The translations under genes and the position numbers were made by a program. Below the pieces are notes generated by a model, which saw only the letters and a list, made by a program, of their open reading frames with translations, did no database searches and was not told the DNA's origin. Of a stretch of 64,000 bases of DNA, positions 48,352-58,406 are shown one piece after another. The DNA lies in contig CAXBMO010000010.1 of NCBI GenBank assembly GCA_963977015.1, forward strand, positions 64,001-128,000, written 5' to 3'. The stretch comes from an uncultured bacterium (lineage in GTDB: Bacteria; Verrucomicrobiota; Verrucomicrobiia; Verrucomicrobiales; DEV007). The stretch's first letter is position 1. Each line of letters opens with the position of its first letter.

Positions 48352-49092
48352 CTAGGCCAAACCCAAGACATCTTGCATGTCATACAAACCCGGCTTTTTC
48401 CCTTTGAGCCAGACGGCCGCGCGTACTGCGCCTTTGGCAAAGGTCTGTCGGCTGGATGCTTTGTGGGTCAATTCGACCCGTTCCCCTGAGCCGGCGTAAA
48501 CCACGGTGTGATCGCCAACGACATCTCCCCCGCGAAGGGCGTGGACGCCGATCTCCGTATCCGTTCTCGCTCCGGTGTCGCCGAATCGCCCGTGCCGCGT
48601 GTCGTCGTCATAGCTGAGTTCGCGAACCTCCGCCAGAATTTCGGCCAAGCGGCGGGCGGTGCCGCTGGGCGCGTCGATCTTGTGGCGGTGATGCATTTCA
48701 ACGACTTCCAGGTCGAAATCAGGTCCCAGGATCTCGGTGGCCTTTCGAGTCAGCCAAAAGAGCGTGTTGACTCCAACACTGAAGTTTGGCGCAAAAACGA
48801 TGGGAATCTCCTTCGAAGCTTCGCGAATTTCGGCGAGCTCCGCATCGGTATGACCCGTCGTGCCAATCACCAGGGCGGCCCGCTTAGCAAGGCAGGTGGC
48901 GACGACTTCGCTGGTGAAGGTGTGGGTGGTAAAATCGATGACCGTGTCACACTTCGCGATGGCATCGCTCAGGGAATCGCCGAGATCGATCGTGGCTCCG
49001 ATCGCAGCAGATGGGTTTTCGTTGGTCGCCTCAATGATGGCTTGGCCCATGCGGCCTTTTGAACCGGTGACGAGGATTTGGATTTCAGACAT
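48352..49092 (-). CDS. dapB: 4-hydroxy-tetrahydrodipicolinate reductase
   Basis: GSKGRMG, IDFT, VIGTTG, APNFSVGV, EMHHRHKIDAPSGTA. Confidence 0.97.
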   Translation of the reverse strand: MSEIQILVTGSKGRMGQAIIEATNENPSAAIGATIDLGDSLSDAIAKCDTVIDFTTHTFTSEVVATCLAKRAALVIGTTGHTDAELAEIREASKEIPIVFAPNFSVGVNTLFWLTRKATEILGPDFDLEVVEMHHRHKIDAPSGTARRLAEILAEVRELSYDDDTRHGRFGDTGARTDTEIGVHALRGGDVVGDHTVVYAGSGERVELTHKASSRQTFAKGAVRAAVWLKGKKPGLYDMQDVLGLA

Positions 49093-49110
49093 AAATGTTC
49101 GCCGTTGTGA

Positions 49111-49989
49111 TCAGATCACTCCCAGACTTACCAGGGTCTCGCTCAGAATCTCCTTTTTTTCCGCCGTCATCGGGATCATCGGAAGCTTGTATTCTTCCTG
49201 AATCGCCCCTTTCAGCACCAGGGCTGTTTTGATGGGAACGGGATTGGTATCAAGCTTTAAAAACGAGCTGAAAAGCGGGTAATACTTGCGGTGAATTTCG
49301 CGAGCCTGAGCGAGGTCGCCCCGGTTTGCGGCGGCCACCAAATCGACCATAACCTTGGGAAGCAGATTGGAGGCGACGCTGATGACTCCGACCGCTCCGA
49401 CGGAAATAAAGGGCAACGTCATGGAGTCATCGCCCGAAAGGACTTCGAAGTTGTCGGGGGTTTCCGCGACCAACTGACTCACTCTCTCCGGGGTTCCTCC
49501 CGCTTCCTTCATCGCGATCACATTGGAACAGGACCTGGCCAGGCGTGCCGTGGTCTCCACACTGATCTCGATGCCGCAACGTCCCGGAATGCTGTAAAGA
49601 ATGATGGGAAGCTTGGTTGCGTCGGCGATCGCCTTGAAATGCTGATAAAGGCCTTCTTGAGAAGGCTTGTTGTAATAGGGACAGACCTGAAGGGATGCAT
49701 CAGCCCCAGCTGCCTCTGCGCTTTGCGTCAGTTGAATCGCCTCCGCTGTCGCGTTTGAACCGGTCCCAGCGATAACCAGTCCGCGTTTTGCCGTGTGTTC
49801 CACAGCCAGCGCGATGACCCGATCGTGTTCCTCGTGGGTCAGGGTTGGCGATTCGCCGGTCGTTCCGACGGGAACAACCCCTGCGACTCCGCCTGCAAAC
49901 TGATCATCGATCAATTGCCGAAACGCGGACTCATCCAACGCTCCGCCGTTAAAAGGCGTGACTAACGCCGTGTGAACTCCCTCAAACAT
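49111..49989 (-). CDS. dapA: 4-hydroxy-tetrahydrodipicolinate synthase
   Basis: TALVTPF, GTTGES, PYYNKPSQEG, YSIPGR, MKEA, LSGDD, NPVPIK. Confidence 0.97.
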   Translation of the reverse strand: MFEGVHTALVTPFNGGALDESAFRQLIDDQFAGGVAGVVPVGTTGESPTLTHEEHDRVIALAVEHTAKRGLVIAGTGSNATAEAIQLTQSAEAAGADASLQVCPYYNKPSQEGLYQHFKAIADATKLPIILYSIPGRCGIEISVETTARLARSCSNVIAMKEAGGTPERVSQLVAETPDNFEVLSGDDSMTLPFISVGAVGVISVASNLLPKVMVDLVAAANRGDLAQAREIHRKYYPLFSSFLKLDTNPVPIKTALVLKGAIQEEYKLPMIPMTAEKKEILSETLVSLGVI

Positions 49990-49992
49990 AGC

Positions 49993-50799
49993 TTAAAATG
50001 CGTCGATCTGGCCTGCGAAGACGAAGTCTGCCGGCCCTGTTAGTTTAACGTGGTGATAAGAATCGCCGTTTTTCTCAAAATCCACTTCGAGCGTGTCTCC
50101 GCCCCGAACTGTGACCTGGATCGGAGTTGGGGCGTTGGCGAGTTCATGGTGAATGATGGCTGCCGCGACCATTCCGGTTCCGCAGGCAAGCGTTTCGTCC
50201 TCGACCCCGCGTTCGTAGGTGCGGATGGCGATTTGATTCTCTCCGAGGACCTGAACCAGATTCGCGTTGGTTCCGGCCGGTGCAAAATGGGAATGCTCAC
50301 GGATGGCGCGCCCGATTCCCACAATATCCGCGTTCTCCAGATCATCGACGAAAGCGAGCGCGTGGGGAACGCCGGTGTTGACGCTGTGAACCACCATTTG
50401 CTGCGAACCCACCTTTAAATCCAGATTCAATTGGAGGTCGAAAGGTTCGCTGAGTCCGATTTCCACCATGTCGCCGGGAAAATTCGCCTGGATCACTCCG
50501 GCAATGGTTTCAAACGAGGTGGAATCGAGAGGTTGGTCGCTGAGCTTGCGGACAAAATTGGCGAAGCAACGGGCACCGTTTCCGCACATTTCAGCCTCAC
50601 CACCGTCGGCATTGTAGTAGCGCATCCGATAGTCGGCCCCGTTCTGGGCGGGTTCGACCGCGAGCAGGCCATCGGCGCCAATCCCGCGTTGGCGGTGGCA
50701 CAGATTCGCGATCTGCTCCTTCGAGAGATTCAGACTTTGGTCGCGATTGTCGATGACGACGAAATCGTTTCCAGCGCCGTTCATTTTCCAGAATTCCAT
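49993..50799 (-). CDS. dapF: Diaminopimelate epimerase
   Basis: KMNGAGNDF, EMCGNGARC, TGVPH, YERGVEDETLACGTG; alternative GTG start at 50802. Confidence 0.97.
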   Translation of the reverse strand: MEFWKMNGAGNDFVVIDNRDQSLNLSKEQIANLCHRQRGIGADGLLAVEPAQNGADYRMRYYNADGGEAEMCGNGARCFANFVRKLSDQPLDSTSFETIAGVIQANFPGDMVEIGLSEPFDLQLNLDLKVGSQQMVVHSVNTGVPHALAFVDDLENADIVGIGRAIREHSHFAPAGTNANLVQVLGENQIAIRTYERGVEDETLACGTGMVAAAIIHHELANAPTPIQVTVRGGDTLEVDFEKNGDSYHHVKLTGPADFVFAGQIDAF

Positions 50800-50845
50800 C
50801 ACGGCAACAGCTAGCCGGAATCCAGGCTTCCGTCAACGGGAAGCA

Positions 50846-52174
50846 TCAAGCCTCCAGAGACCAGCCTTCGCGATATTCGCGTCCCAGAAACTTCTCGGCT
50901 TCCGGGGCATTGGTGAACTTGAGGTTCCTGGTGTCCCAGTTCAGTTTTTTACCGGCTCGAAATGCGACATTTCCGAGATGGTTCGCTTCGGTGAGCGGAC
51001 CGGAGTAGCTGAAATCGCACATTCCGGTTTCTCCGGCTTTGGCGGCGGCAATCCACTCCGCCTGTTGGCCGGGTGAAGGTGGAATCGTTTCCGCAGGCCG
51101 CACGTAGCTCTGAAATTCAGCTTCCGGGAGAAGCACGAGTTTTGAGTAGTCGCTCAAAAGCATCTTCCCGTCGTCGCCGACAAACAGGCAACCATTTGCC
51201 CACTTTGGAATGGATCCATTCTTCCAAGCCTCGGGTTTCTCCGTGCCCTGATACCAGGTCAGAGACAGCCCCGGGCGGTTTCCGCGAGGTCCGTATTCAT
51301 ATTTTGCCCACATCGATGCCGGAGCAATTTCCGGATGAGCCGGTGGTCCTCCGGCCTCGATCGAAAGCGGGGCATCCAGATTCAGGGCCCAGAATGGCAA
51401 ATCGATTCGGTGGCTGCCGAGATCCGACATCGTTCCGTTGCCAAAATCCCACCAGCGATACCAACGCGGCCCCGGAAAATAGTCGGTGTGGAAGGGCCGC
51501 CAGGGAGCCGGGCCAATCCAACGATCCCAATCCAAATCAGCAGGAACCGGCATTTCTTCGGTGGGGCGCTCCTGGGTTGAAATCAGGTCCCTGTTGGCAA
51601 TGGCGTCTTCTTTGCTTTGCCATCCCCAGGCTCGCGAAACCCAGACGTGGACTTCGCTGACGTTGCCAATCGCTCCTGCCTGAATCAGTTCAACGGTTCG
51701 GCGGTAGTTGGAGCCCGCGTGAATCTGCGTTCCCATCTGTGTCGCGACTCCGGCTTCAGCCGCCGCCTCGATGACTTTTCGGCACTCGACAACGTCTCGC
51801 GTGAGCGGTTTCTCGCAGTAGACGTGCTTCCCGGCCCTCAGCGCCGGAAGCGTCGCGAAGGCATGGGTATGCTCCGTTGTGCTGACGACGACGGCATCGA
51901 TCTTGTCGGTCTCCGCAGCGTAAAGTTCCCTGAAGTCGATGTATTTTCGGGCCTCTGGAGCACTCAATGCCGCTTTGGCCAAATTCTTGCCGTTGACATC
52001 ACAAAGCGCCACGATGTCTTCGCCGAGACAGGCCTTCAGATTGCTGCCTCCTCTTCCCCCGGCGCCAATGATGGCGATTTGGAGTTTCGAGTTTGGAGAT
52101 TGGCTGGATACGATTGCGGGAAAACCAAGCGTCGTGGCACTGGCTTTGAGGAAGGATCGGCGTTTCAGGGGCAT
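50846..52174 (-). CDS. Tat-exported Gfo/Idh/MocA oxidoreductase
   Basis: [46 protein letters not shown]. Confidence 0.92.
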   Translation of the reverse strand: MPLKRRSFLKASATTLGFPAIVSSQSPNSKLQIAIIGAGGRGGSNLKACLGEDIVALCDVNGKNLAKAALSAPEARKYIDFRELYAAETDKIDAVVVSTTEHTHAFATLPALRAGKHVYCEKPLTRDVVECRKVIEAAAEAGVATQMGTQIHAGSNYRRTVELIQAGAIGNVSEVHVWVSRAWGWQSKEDAIANRDLISTQERPTEEMPVPADLDWDRWIGPAPWRPFHTDYFPGPRWYRWWDFGNGTMSDLGSHRIDLPFWALNLDAPLSIEAGGPPAHPEIAPASMWAKYEYGPRGNRPGLSLTWYQGTEKPEAWKNGSIPKWANGCLFVGDDGKMLLSDYSKLVLLPEAEFQSYVRPAETIPPSPGQQAEWIAAAKAGETGMCDFSYSGPLTEANHLGNVAFRAGKKLNWDTRNLKFTNAPEAEKFLGREYREGWSLEA

Positions 52175-52219
52175 TCGCCGAGTCTAGTGACTCGGTAGAA
52201 TGTGACAAGCCTGCAAATT

Positions 52220-52549
52220 TTAAAGGCGAACGGCGGTGCCGGAAACGCTGACCATCAACATGGATCCGGCTCCTTCTTTGGATCCGGTAATGGTCTCGTA
52301 GTCGATATCGATTCCAATCACCGCGTTGGCTCCAAGTTGCTCCGCTTTGGATTCCAACTCCTGCATCGCGATTTCCCGCGCTTTGATGAGAGATTTTTCG
52401 TAGCCGCCCGATCGTCCTCCTACAATGTCGCGAATTCCGGCGAACATGTCGCGAAAGATGTGAACGCCGAGAATGGCCTCTCCGGCAACAACTCCGAGAT
52501 ATTCACGAACGGGATGCCCTTCAATTTGATTTGTTGTGCTGGTAATCAT
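52220..52549 (-). CDS. UPF0145/YbjQ-family protein
   Basis: [39 protein letters not shown]. Confidence 0.92.
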   Translation of the reverse strand: MITSTTNQIEGHPVREYLGVVAGEAILGVHIFRDMFAGIRDIVGGRSGGYEKSLIKAREIAMQELESKAEQLGANAVIGIDIDYETITGSKEGAGSMLMVSVSGTAVRL

Positions 52550-52655
52550 CAGACTACCAAATTGCGAAATCAGAGGATATCCGCAGCTACAAAGTGCCGG
52601 TGGAATTGTAAAAATCGGGCAAAGAATCTGGCCCGAAAGCACTTGAGAAGAAAAA

Positions 52656-52730
52656 TGGCTACCCCACAAGGACTTGAACCTTGAATGACTGAACCAAAAT
52701 CAGTTGTGTTACCAATTACACCATGGGGTA
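52656..52730 (-). tRNA. tRNA-Gln(TTG)
   Basis: Reverse complement TACCCCATGGTGTAATTGGTAACACAACTGATTTTGGTTCAGTCATTCAAGGTTCAAGTCCTTGTGGGGTAGCCA; CCA encoded. Confidence 0.96.
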
Positions 52731-52808
52731 GAATGATGCGAGGAAGGGACTGTTGCTCAAAAACGATGTTTTGCAAGAGCTTTGCGTTTAAAGAAACGCT
52801 CAATTTCC

Positions 52809-54365
52809 TCACGATCCAGAATCGCTCTCCGCTTGACGAACCAATCGTGACGAACCGGTCATTTCCTCCGGTTTCTCGACTCCAAGCATATCGAGAAGAG
52901 TTGGGGCAATATCGGCCAGAATTCCATCGGTCAACCAATACGCCTTCGGTTGATTGGAAACGTAGATGAGGTGAACGAGAAACGTCGTATGCGCGGTGTG
53001 AGGCGAGCCGTCGGGGTTCCGCATCAGTTCGCAGTTTCCGTGGTCGGCGGTAATGAGCAGTTTGCCGTCCAGTTCGAGCACTTTTTCGACGACCGCTTTG
53101 ACGCAACCGTCGATTTTTTCCACGGCCTTGACGGCGGCGTTCACATCGCCGGTATGCCCAACCATGTCGGTGTTGGCAAAGTTTAGGATCACCAGGTCAA
53201 AATCGGCGATCTGATCCAACAATGTCTTGGTGACTTCGTCGGCACTCATCTCCGGCTGTAAGTCGTAGGTCGCGACTTTAGGCGAGGCGATCAGGCTGCG
53301 TTTTTCGGCGTCAAACGGCTCTTCGATCCCTCCATTGAAGAAATAGGAGACGTGCGGATACTTTTCGGTTTCGGCGATTCGCAGTTGGCTCAGCCCGGCC
53401 TTCCCGACAACTTCTCCGAGAACGTTTTTGAGCTGATCTGGGGGAAACACCATTGGGCAGTCATAGTTTTCGTCGTACTCCGTCAGGGTGACGTAGTGGA
53501 CCTTGGGAACTGTGCCACGGTCGAATCCATCAAACTTCTCGTTGAGGAATGCCAACGAGAGCTGGCGGGCGCGGTCGGCGCGAAAGTTGAAGAAGACGAT
53601 GACGTCGTTGTCGCGAATGCGCTGCTGATCAGGTTCCGCGAAGATCATCGGCAGGATGAATTCGTCCGTTTTCTCGGCTTCGTAACAGTGAGCGATCGCT
53701 TCGCTGGGCAGAATTTCCTGAAAATCGCCTTTGCCGTGCACCAGAGCGTCCCAAGCCAATTTGGAGCGATCCCAACGCTTGTCGCGGTCCATGGCATAGT
53801 AGCGACCGATCACGGTTGCGATTCTGGCGCCGAACGCTCCCAGTTTGTCCTCGCAATAGGATAAATACTTGGCCCCACCGGTTGGAGAAGTGTCACGACC
53901 ATCCGTGATGGCATGAACCCAGATGTCTTCGACACCGGCTTGGTTCGCGGCCTTTGCCAACGCGATCAAATGATCCTGGTGGCTGTGGACGCCTCCGTCT
54001 GAGACCAGTCCGATGAAGTGGAGTCTTTTCCCTTTCGCGAGTTCAAAAGCATCGACCAAAGCGGGTTGTGATCCCAGTTGGTCTTCCTCAATCGCCTTGT
54101 TGATGCGGGTTAGATCCTGATAAACGATTCGCCCGGCCCCCAAATTCAAGTGACCCACTTCGGAATTTCCCATTTGCCCCTTGGGGAGCCCCACATCTTC
54201 ACCACTGGTGCTGATGTAGCTAACCGGGTAGGTTTCATAGAGTTGATCGTGAAACGGAGTCTCGGCCAGAAGTGTCGCGTTGGCGTCTTTTTCAGCGGTT
54301 TTATTTCCGCCGGGGTTGATGCCCCAGCCGTCGCGAATGATGAGAACTACAGGTTTCTTGGCCAT
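52809..54365 (-). CDS. gpmI: 2,3-bisphosphoglycerate-independent phosphoglycerate mutase
   Basis: LIIRDGWG, GQMGNSEVGH, SDGGVHSH, GRYYAMDRD, AETEKYPHV, DMVGHTG, TADHGN. Confidence 0.97.
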   Translation of the reverse strand: MAKKPVVLIIRDGWGINPGGNKTAEKDANATLLAETPFHDQLYETYPVSYISTSGEDVGLPKGQMGNSEVGHLNLGAGRIVYQDLTRINKAIEEDQLGSQPALVDAFELAKGKRLHFIGLVSDGGVHSHQDHLIALAKAANQAGVEDIWVHAITDGRDTSPTGGAKYLSYCEDKLGAFGARIATVIGRYYAMDRDKRWDRSKLAWDALVHGKGDFQEILPSEAIAHCYEAEKTDEFILPMIFAEPDQQRIRDNDVIVFFNFRADRARQLSLAFLNEKFDGFDRGTVPKVHYVTLTEYDENYDCPMVFPPDQLKNVLGEVVGKAGLSQLRIAETEKYPHVSYFFNGGIEEPFDAEKRSLIASPKVATYDLQPEMSADEVTKTLLDQIADFDLVILNFANTDMVGHTGDVNAAVKAVEKIDGCVKAVVEKVLELDGKLLITADHGNCELMRNPDGSPHTAHTTFLVHLIYVSNQPKAYWLTDGILADIAPTLLDMLGVEKPEEMTGSSRLVRQAESDSGS

Positions 54366-54509
54366 GATGAAAAACGGGAAAGTCTACCGCCCGAGCTTTT
54401 CCCAGATACCAATGAAATCAAGCGAGAACCGTGTGGAATGCACGGATCAGCCTGATTCAGGGAATGCTGCTTGCCAATTGAGGGAAAAAGGTTCGAAGGT
54501 TAGGCCAAT

Positions 54510-55940
54510 ATGCTCAACTACATCTGGTTCGCGCTCATTGTTATCGGCGTCTTCGTCGCGGGTCTCCTCGGCAACATTCAGGGTGATGAAGGAATTGCAG
54601 AAGGCGCTTGGGCCAGTGCCAAGGTGGCGATCAATCTCGCGATCGGGTTGATTGGGCTGATGATGCTTTGGCTGGGGATGTTGCGTCTGGCGGAACGAGC
54701 CGGTTTGATTCGGGTTCTCGCGCGAGGGATTCGACCGGTTATGACACGACTTTTTCCCGACGTCCCGGCGGAGCATCCTGCGATGGGAGCCATGATCATG
54801 AACATGGCTGCCAACATGCTGGGCTTGGGAAATGCCGCCACGCCGCTGGGACTGAAGGCGATGAATGAGCTGAACCGTCTCAATCCAAATCCAGGCACCG
54901 CAACCAACGCGATGTGCACCTTTCTCGCGATCAATACCAGCTCGGTCACGCTCATTCCCGCAACAGCGATCGGCTTGGTGGCCGCCGCCGGAATCGCCAA
55001 TCCCTACGCGATTGTCGCCCCGGCAATTGGCGCGACCTTTTGTTCGACCGTTGTCGCGATCATTGCGGTGAAATTTTTCCAGCGACTGCCGTTTTTCCAG
55101 GTGAAAGAGGACGCTCTCGAATCGTCGCAAATGGAAAAGGAGGCCCAATCCGTCGAGAAAGCGCTCGATGAGCCAGAAGGAGATGAGGTCGAGATTTCCC
55201 ACCAGCCCATCTCCGGGAAAATGCGGGTTTTGATCGGTGTGGTTGCGGTGATGATGGTGACGGTTGCGGTGTTTGAATTTGCGCCTCAGGTGCGTCAGAC
55301 CTTTCTCGATTCCACCGGGCTTCAGGAGATCATCGATCAGAACGCTGCGATGGCCGAAGCCGGAAAAGAGGTTCGGGATCGAAGAGGTGTGGTCGAGTTT
55401 TCCGGCTGGAAAGGCATCCTCAATTCAACGTCCGCGCTGCTCATCCCGCTGATCTTTGTCCTCTTCACATTGGCAGCTCTCGCTCGAGGCGTTCGGGTCT
55501 ACGAAGACTTTGTTGAAGGAGCCAAGGAAGGTTGGGATGTGGCGTTGAGGATCATGCCCTTTCTGGTTGGGATGCTCGTCGCGCTCGGGATTTTCCGCGG
55601 GTCGGGGGCGCTCATGCTTCTGCAATGGGGACTGAAGCCGATCCTGGATGTGGTGCATTTCCCGGTCGATGTTCTTCCGATGGCGTTGATGCGTCCCCTG
55701 AGCGGCAGTGGGTCGATGAGCATCATGAGTGAGATCTTGGCGACTCCCGACATTGCCCTTTGGATCAAGTACACGGCGGCGACCATGTTCGGTAGCACCG
55801 AAACCACCTTTTACGTTCTGGCCGTATATTTTGGCTCCGTGGCAGTTCGACGCACCCGTCACGCATTGGCCGCCGGTCTCTGTGCCGATGCTGCCGGAGT
55901 CATTGCCGCCGTTGCCATTTGCAGCCTGATGTTTGGCTAG
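54510..55940 (+). CDS. Fused SpmA-SpmB nucleoside-recognition-domain membrane protein
   Basis: MLNYIWF, ANMLGLGNAATPLGLKAM, LAINTSS, YEDFVEGAKEG, RPLSGSG, GSTETTFYVLAVYFG. Confidence 0.92.
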   Translation: MLNYIWFALIVIGVFVAGLLGNIQGDEGIAEGAWASAKVAINLAIGLIGLMMLWLGMLRLAERAGLIRVLARGIRPVMTRLFPDVPAEHPAMGAMIMNMAANMLGLGNAATPLGLKAMNELNRLNPNPGTATNAMCTFLAINTSSVTLIPATAIGLVAAAGIANPYAIVAPAIGATFCSTVVAIIAVKFFQRLPFFQVKEDALESSQMEKEAQSVEKALDEPEGDEVEISHQPISGKMRVLIGVVAVMMVTVAVFEFAPQVRQTFLDSTGLQEIIDQNAAMAEAGKEVRDRRGVVEFSGWKGILNSTSALLIPLIFVLFTLAALARGVRVYEDFVEGAKEGWDVALRIMPFLVGMLVALGIFRGSGALMLLQWGLKPILDVVHFPVDVLPMALMRPLSGSGSMSIMSEILATPDIALWIKYTAATMFGSTETTFYVLAVYFGSVAVRRTRHALAAGLCADAAGVIAAVAICSLMFG

Positions 55941-55953
55941 ACTGGTGGACTGA

Positions 55954-56406
55954 CTAATCGCGAACCAGGCGCCTTTTGATGACATCGGGGAGGTAGAAGA
56001 AGCCAACCCACGACAAGACGACCAGGCCGAAGGTCCAATTCGCCTTTCGAATCTTGGTTTCGATCGAGGCAGGTTTGGACGGCGGGTCAGGAAATTTCCG
56101 GATCGGGACGGGATTGCAGACCTTGCAAGGTGTCAGGCCGCGCTCGATTGCCAATCTGTGGGAAACTGCGGAGGTCGGCGTTCCGATACTGTGCGATTCC
56201 CGATGATAGCGAGAGCCGGATTGGGACACGTAAACGTCGACGCTTCTGCGCTCCATCTCCGCTTCATAATGGGCAAGCGCGGCCGCAAAGGTTCGCGATT
56301 CCCAATAGGCCGAGAGATAGACGATTCCCGCTCCGCAACACCAAATCACCAACGGAGTGGCCAGCAGAATCCATCCCGATCGGTTTGGCCACATGTGGTT
56401 GGGCAA
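55954..56406 (-). CDS. Hypothetical membrane protein with a putative small metal-binding module
   Basis: Two TM segments flanking VYVSQSGSRYH...GLTPCKVCNP. Confidence 0.65.
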   Translation of the reverse strand: MPNHMWPNRSGWILLATPLVIWCCGAGIVYLSAYWESRTFAAALAHYEAEMERRSVDVYVSQSGSRYHRESHSIGTPTSAVSHRLAIERGLTPCKVCNPVPIRKFPDPPSKPASIETKIRKANWTFGLVVLSWVGFFYLPDVIKRRLVRD

Positions 56407-56440
56407 TGCGTTTTCGAAACCGCCGGAAAGCGAACGAGCG

Positions 56441-58240
56441 TCAGCCTTTCTCTTCCTTTTTCTTGAAGGTCGATTTCACGTAGAGTTCGCGCAATTGCTT
56501 GAACTCGACTTCTGCCGGGCTGTCGCTCATCAGGTCTGTTCCGCGATTGTTCTTCGGAAAGGCGATGACTTCGCGAATGCTGTCTTCTCCTGCGATCATC
56601 ATGACCAGACGGTCGAGACCCAGCGCGATGCCGCCGTGTGGAGGTGCTCCATATTGAAACGCTCCCAGAATGTGACTGAAGTTTTCCGTCTGCTCTTCTT
56701 CGCTGATCCCCAGAACGGTGAACATTTTTGCCTGAAGTTCGCGCTCGTGAATCCGCAGGCTTCCTCCGCCGAGTTCCACGCCATTCAGGACGACGTCGTA
56801 GGCTTCCGCGCGAACGTTTCCGATCTGGTCATCATCTTCCAGCAACTCCAGGTCTTCTGCTTTGGGGCGCGTAAATGGGTGGTGAACCGCATTCCATTTC
56901 CCTTCCTCCTGGTCAAAATCGAGGAGGGGGAAGTCGATCACCCAAAGGAAATTCAGATCAGTGTTTCCTTCGAGAAGATTCTGCATGCTGCAACATTCGA
57001 GGCGCAGCCGGCCCAACACATCACTGACGGTTGCCCATTTATCGCAGCCGAAAAGAATAAGGTCACCTTCCTCGATGCCGAGGCGTTCGGTCAGAGCCGC
57101 CTTTTCCTCGTCGTTGAAGAATTTCACGATGGGCGATTTCCACTCGCCGTTTTCGACCTTGATGTAGGCAAGGCCACCGGCTCCCGCATCTTTTGCGACT
57201 TCCTCGAGCCTCTTGATCTGGCCCGTGGTGACGCAGGCAAATCCCTTCGCGTTGATTGCGCGAACCAGTCCGCCGCCCTCAATCGCTTTCTTGAAAACGC
57301 CAAATCCGCTTTTTGCAAACGTGTCGCTGAAATCGACGATCTCCATCGCGAAACGGGTGTCGGGGCGGTCGCTTCCAAACCGATCCATGGCCTCTTGGTA
57401 GGTCATGCGAGGGAAGGAATCGGGAATTGAAGTTCCGGTGCCCTTTTCGAACGACTCTTTGAGAATGCCTTCGATCAGCGGGAAAATTTCCTCCTGGGTG
57501 ATGAAGGAGGCCTCGATATCGACCTGGGTAAATTCCGGTTGCCGGTCGGCGCGGAGATCTTCATCGCGGAAACACCGGGCAATTTGGAAATAACGCTCAA
57601 CACCCGCCACCATGAGGAGCTGCTTGTACTGCTGTGGAGCCTGGGGGAGGGCATAGAACTTTCCCGGATTGAGTCGCGATGGAACCAAAAAGTCTCGAGC
57701 GCCTTCCGGGGTGCTCTTGGAAAGGATTGGCGTCTCCACCTCGGTAAACTGGTTCTCGTCCAGAACGTCGCGGATGGCTTTGCTGACCCGGTGGCGCAGG
57801 CGAATGTTCTCGGACATCCGGGGACGGCGCAGGTCGAGGTAGCGGTATTTCATCCGCAGATCCTCATTCGAGAGCTCCTTGTCCAACTGAAACGGAAGAA
57901 CCTCGGCTTTATTGAGAATTGTGACTTCAGAGACAATGACCTCGATCTCGCCGGTCTCGATGTTTGGGTTCACCGTGCTTTGGCCATCGAACTCCGGACG
58001 TTCGGAAACTTGACCGACAATCTGGATCACGTCTTCCTGGCGCAATTTGTGGCTCAGCTCTGCGGCGTCCGCGTTCTCTTCGGCTTTGAAGACGATTTGC
58101 GTCACGCCTTCCCGGTCTCGCAAATCGACGAACGTCAGGCCGTCTCCATGATCGCGACTCGAATTGACCCAACCAACGAGGGTCACAGTTTCGCCTATGT
58201 GCGATTTGCGCAGTTCGTTGCAATGTTGGGTTCGGTACAT
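56441..58240 (-). CDS. aspS: Aspartate-tRNA ligase
   Basis: MYRTQHC, FVDLRD, YRYLDLRR, STPEGARDFLVPSR, CFRDEDLRADRQPEFTQ, GAPPHGGIALGLDR. Confidence 0.98.
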   Translation of the reverse strand: MYRTQHCNELRKSHIGETVTLVGWVNSSRDHGDGLTFVDLRDREGVTQIVFKAEENADAAELSHKLRQEDVIQIVGQVSERPEFDGQSTVNPNIETGEIEVIVSEVTILNKAEVLPFQLDKELSNEDLRMKYRYLDLRRPRMSENIRLRHRVSKAIRDVLDENQFTEVETPILSKSTPEGARDFLVPSRLNPGKFYALPQAPQQYKQLLMVAGVERYFQIARCFRDEDLRADRQPEFTQVDIEASFITQEEIFPLIEGILKESFEKGTGTSIPDSFPRMTYQEAMDRFGSDRPDTRFAMEIVDFSDTFAKSGFGVFKKAIEGGGLVRAINAKGFACVTTGQIKRLEEVAKDAGAGGLAYIKVENGEWKSPIVKFFNDEEKAALTERLGIEEGDLILFGCDKWATVSDVLGRLRLECCSMQNLLEGNTDLNFLWVIDFPLLDFDQEEGKWNAVHHPFTRPKAEDLELLEDDDQIGNVRAEAYDVVLNGVELGGGSLRIHERELQAKMFTVLGISEEEQTENFSHILGAFQYGAPPHGGIALGLDRLVMMIAGEDSIREVIAFPKNNRGTDLMSDSPAEVEFKQLRELYVKSTFKKKEEKG

Positions 58241-58406
58241 TCTTTTGATAGGTTGGTTGGAAAAGGGGGGACGGTGCATCTCGGATCGCGGAATTCAACC
58301 TTGATTCCATCTGATTGCTGGAAAAACAGAGTTGCGGGGAGGAAGTGGCACCTCTACGAATCTGAATCAACGAACGAGAACCCCTACTCAGACAAGAGCA
58401 CACACT

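Noticed and set aside
56441-58240. RDHG motif in AspRS suggesting a non-discriminating enzyme
   Set aside because: Plausible but common in bacteria and untestable without seeing gatABC/asnS; not novel.
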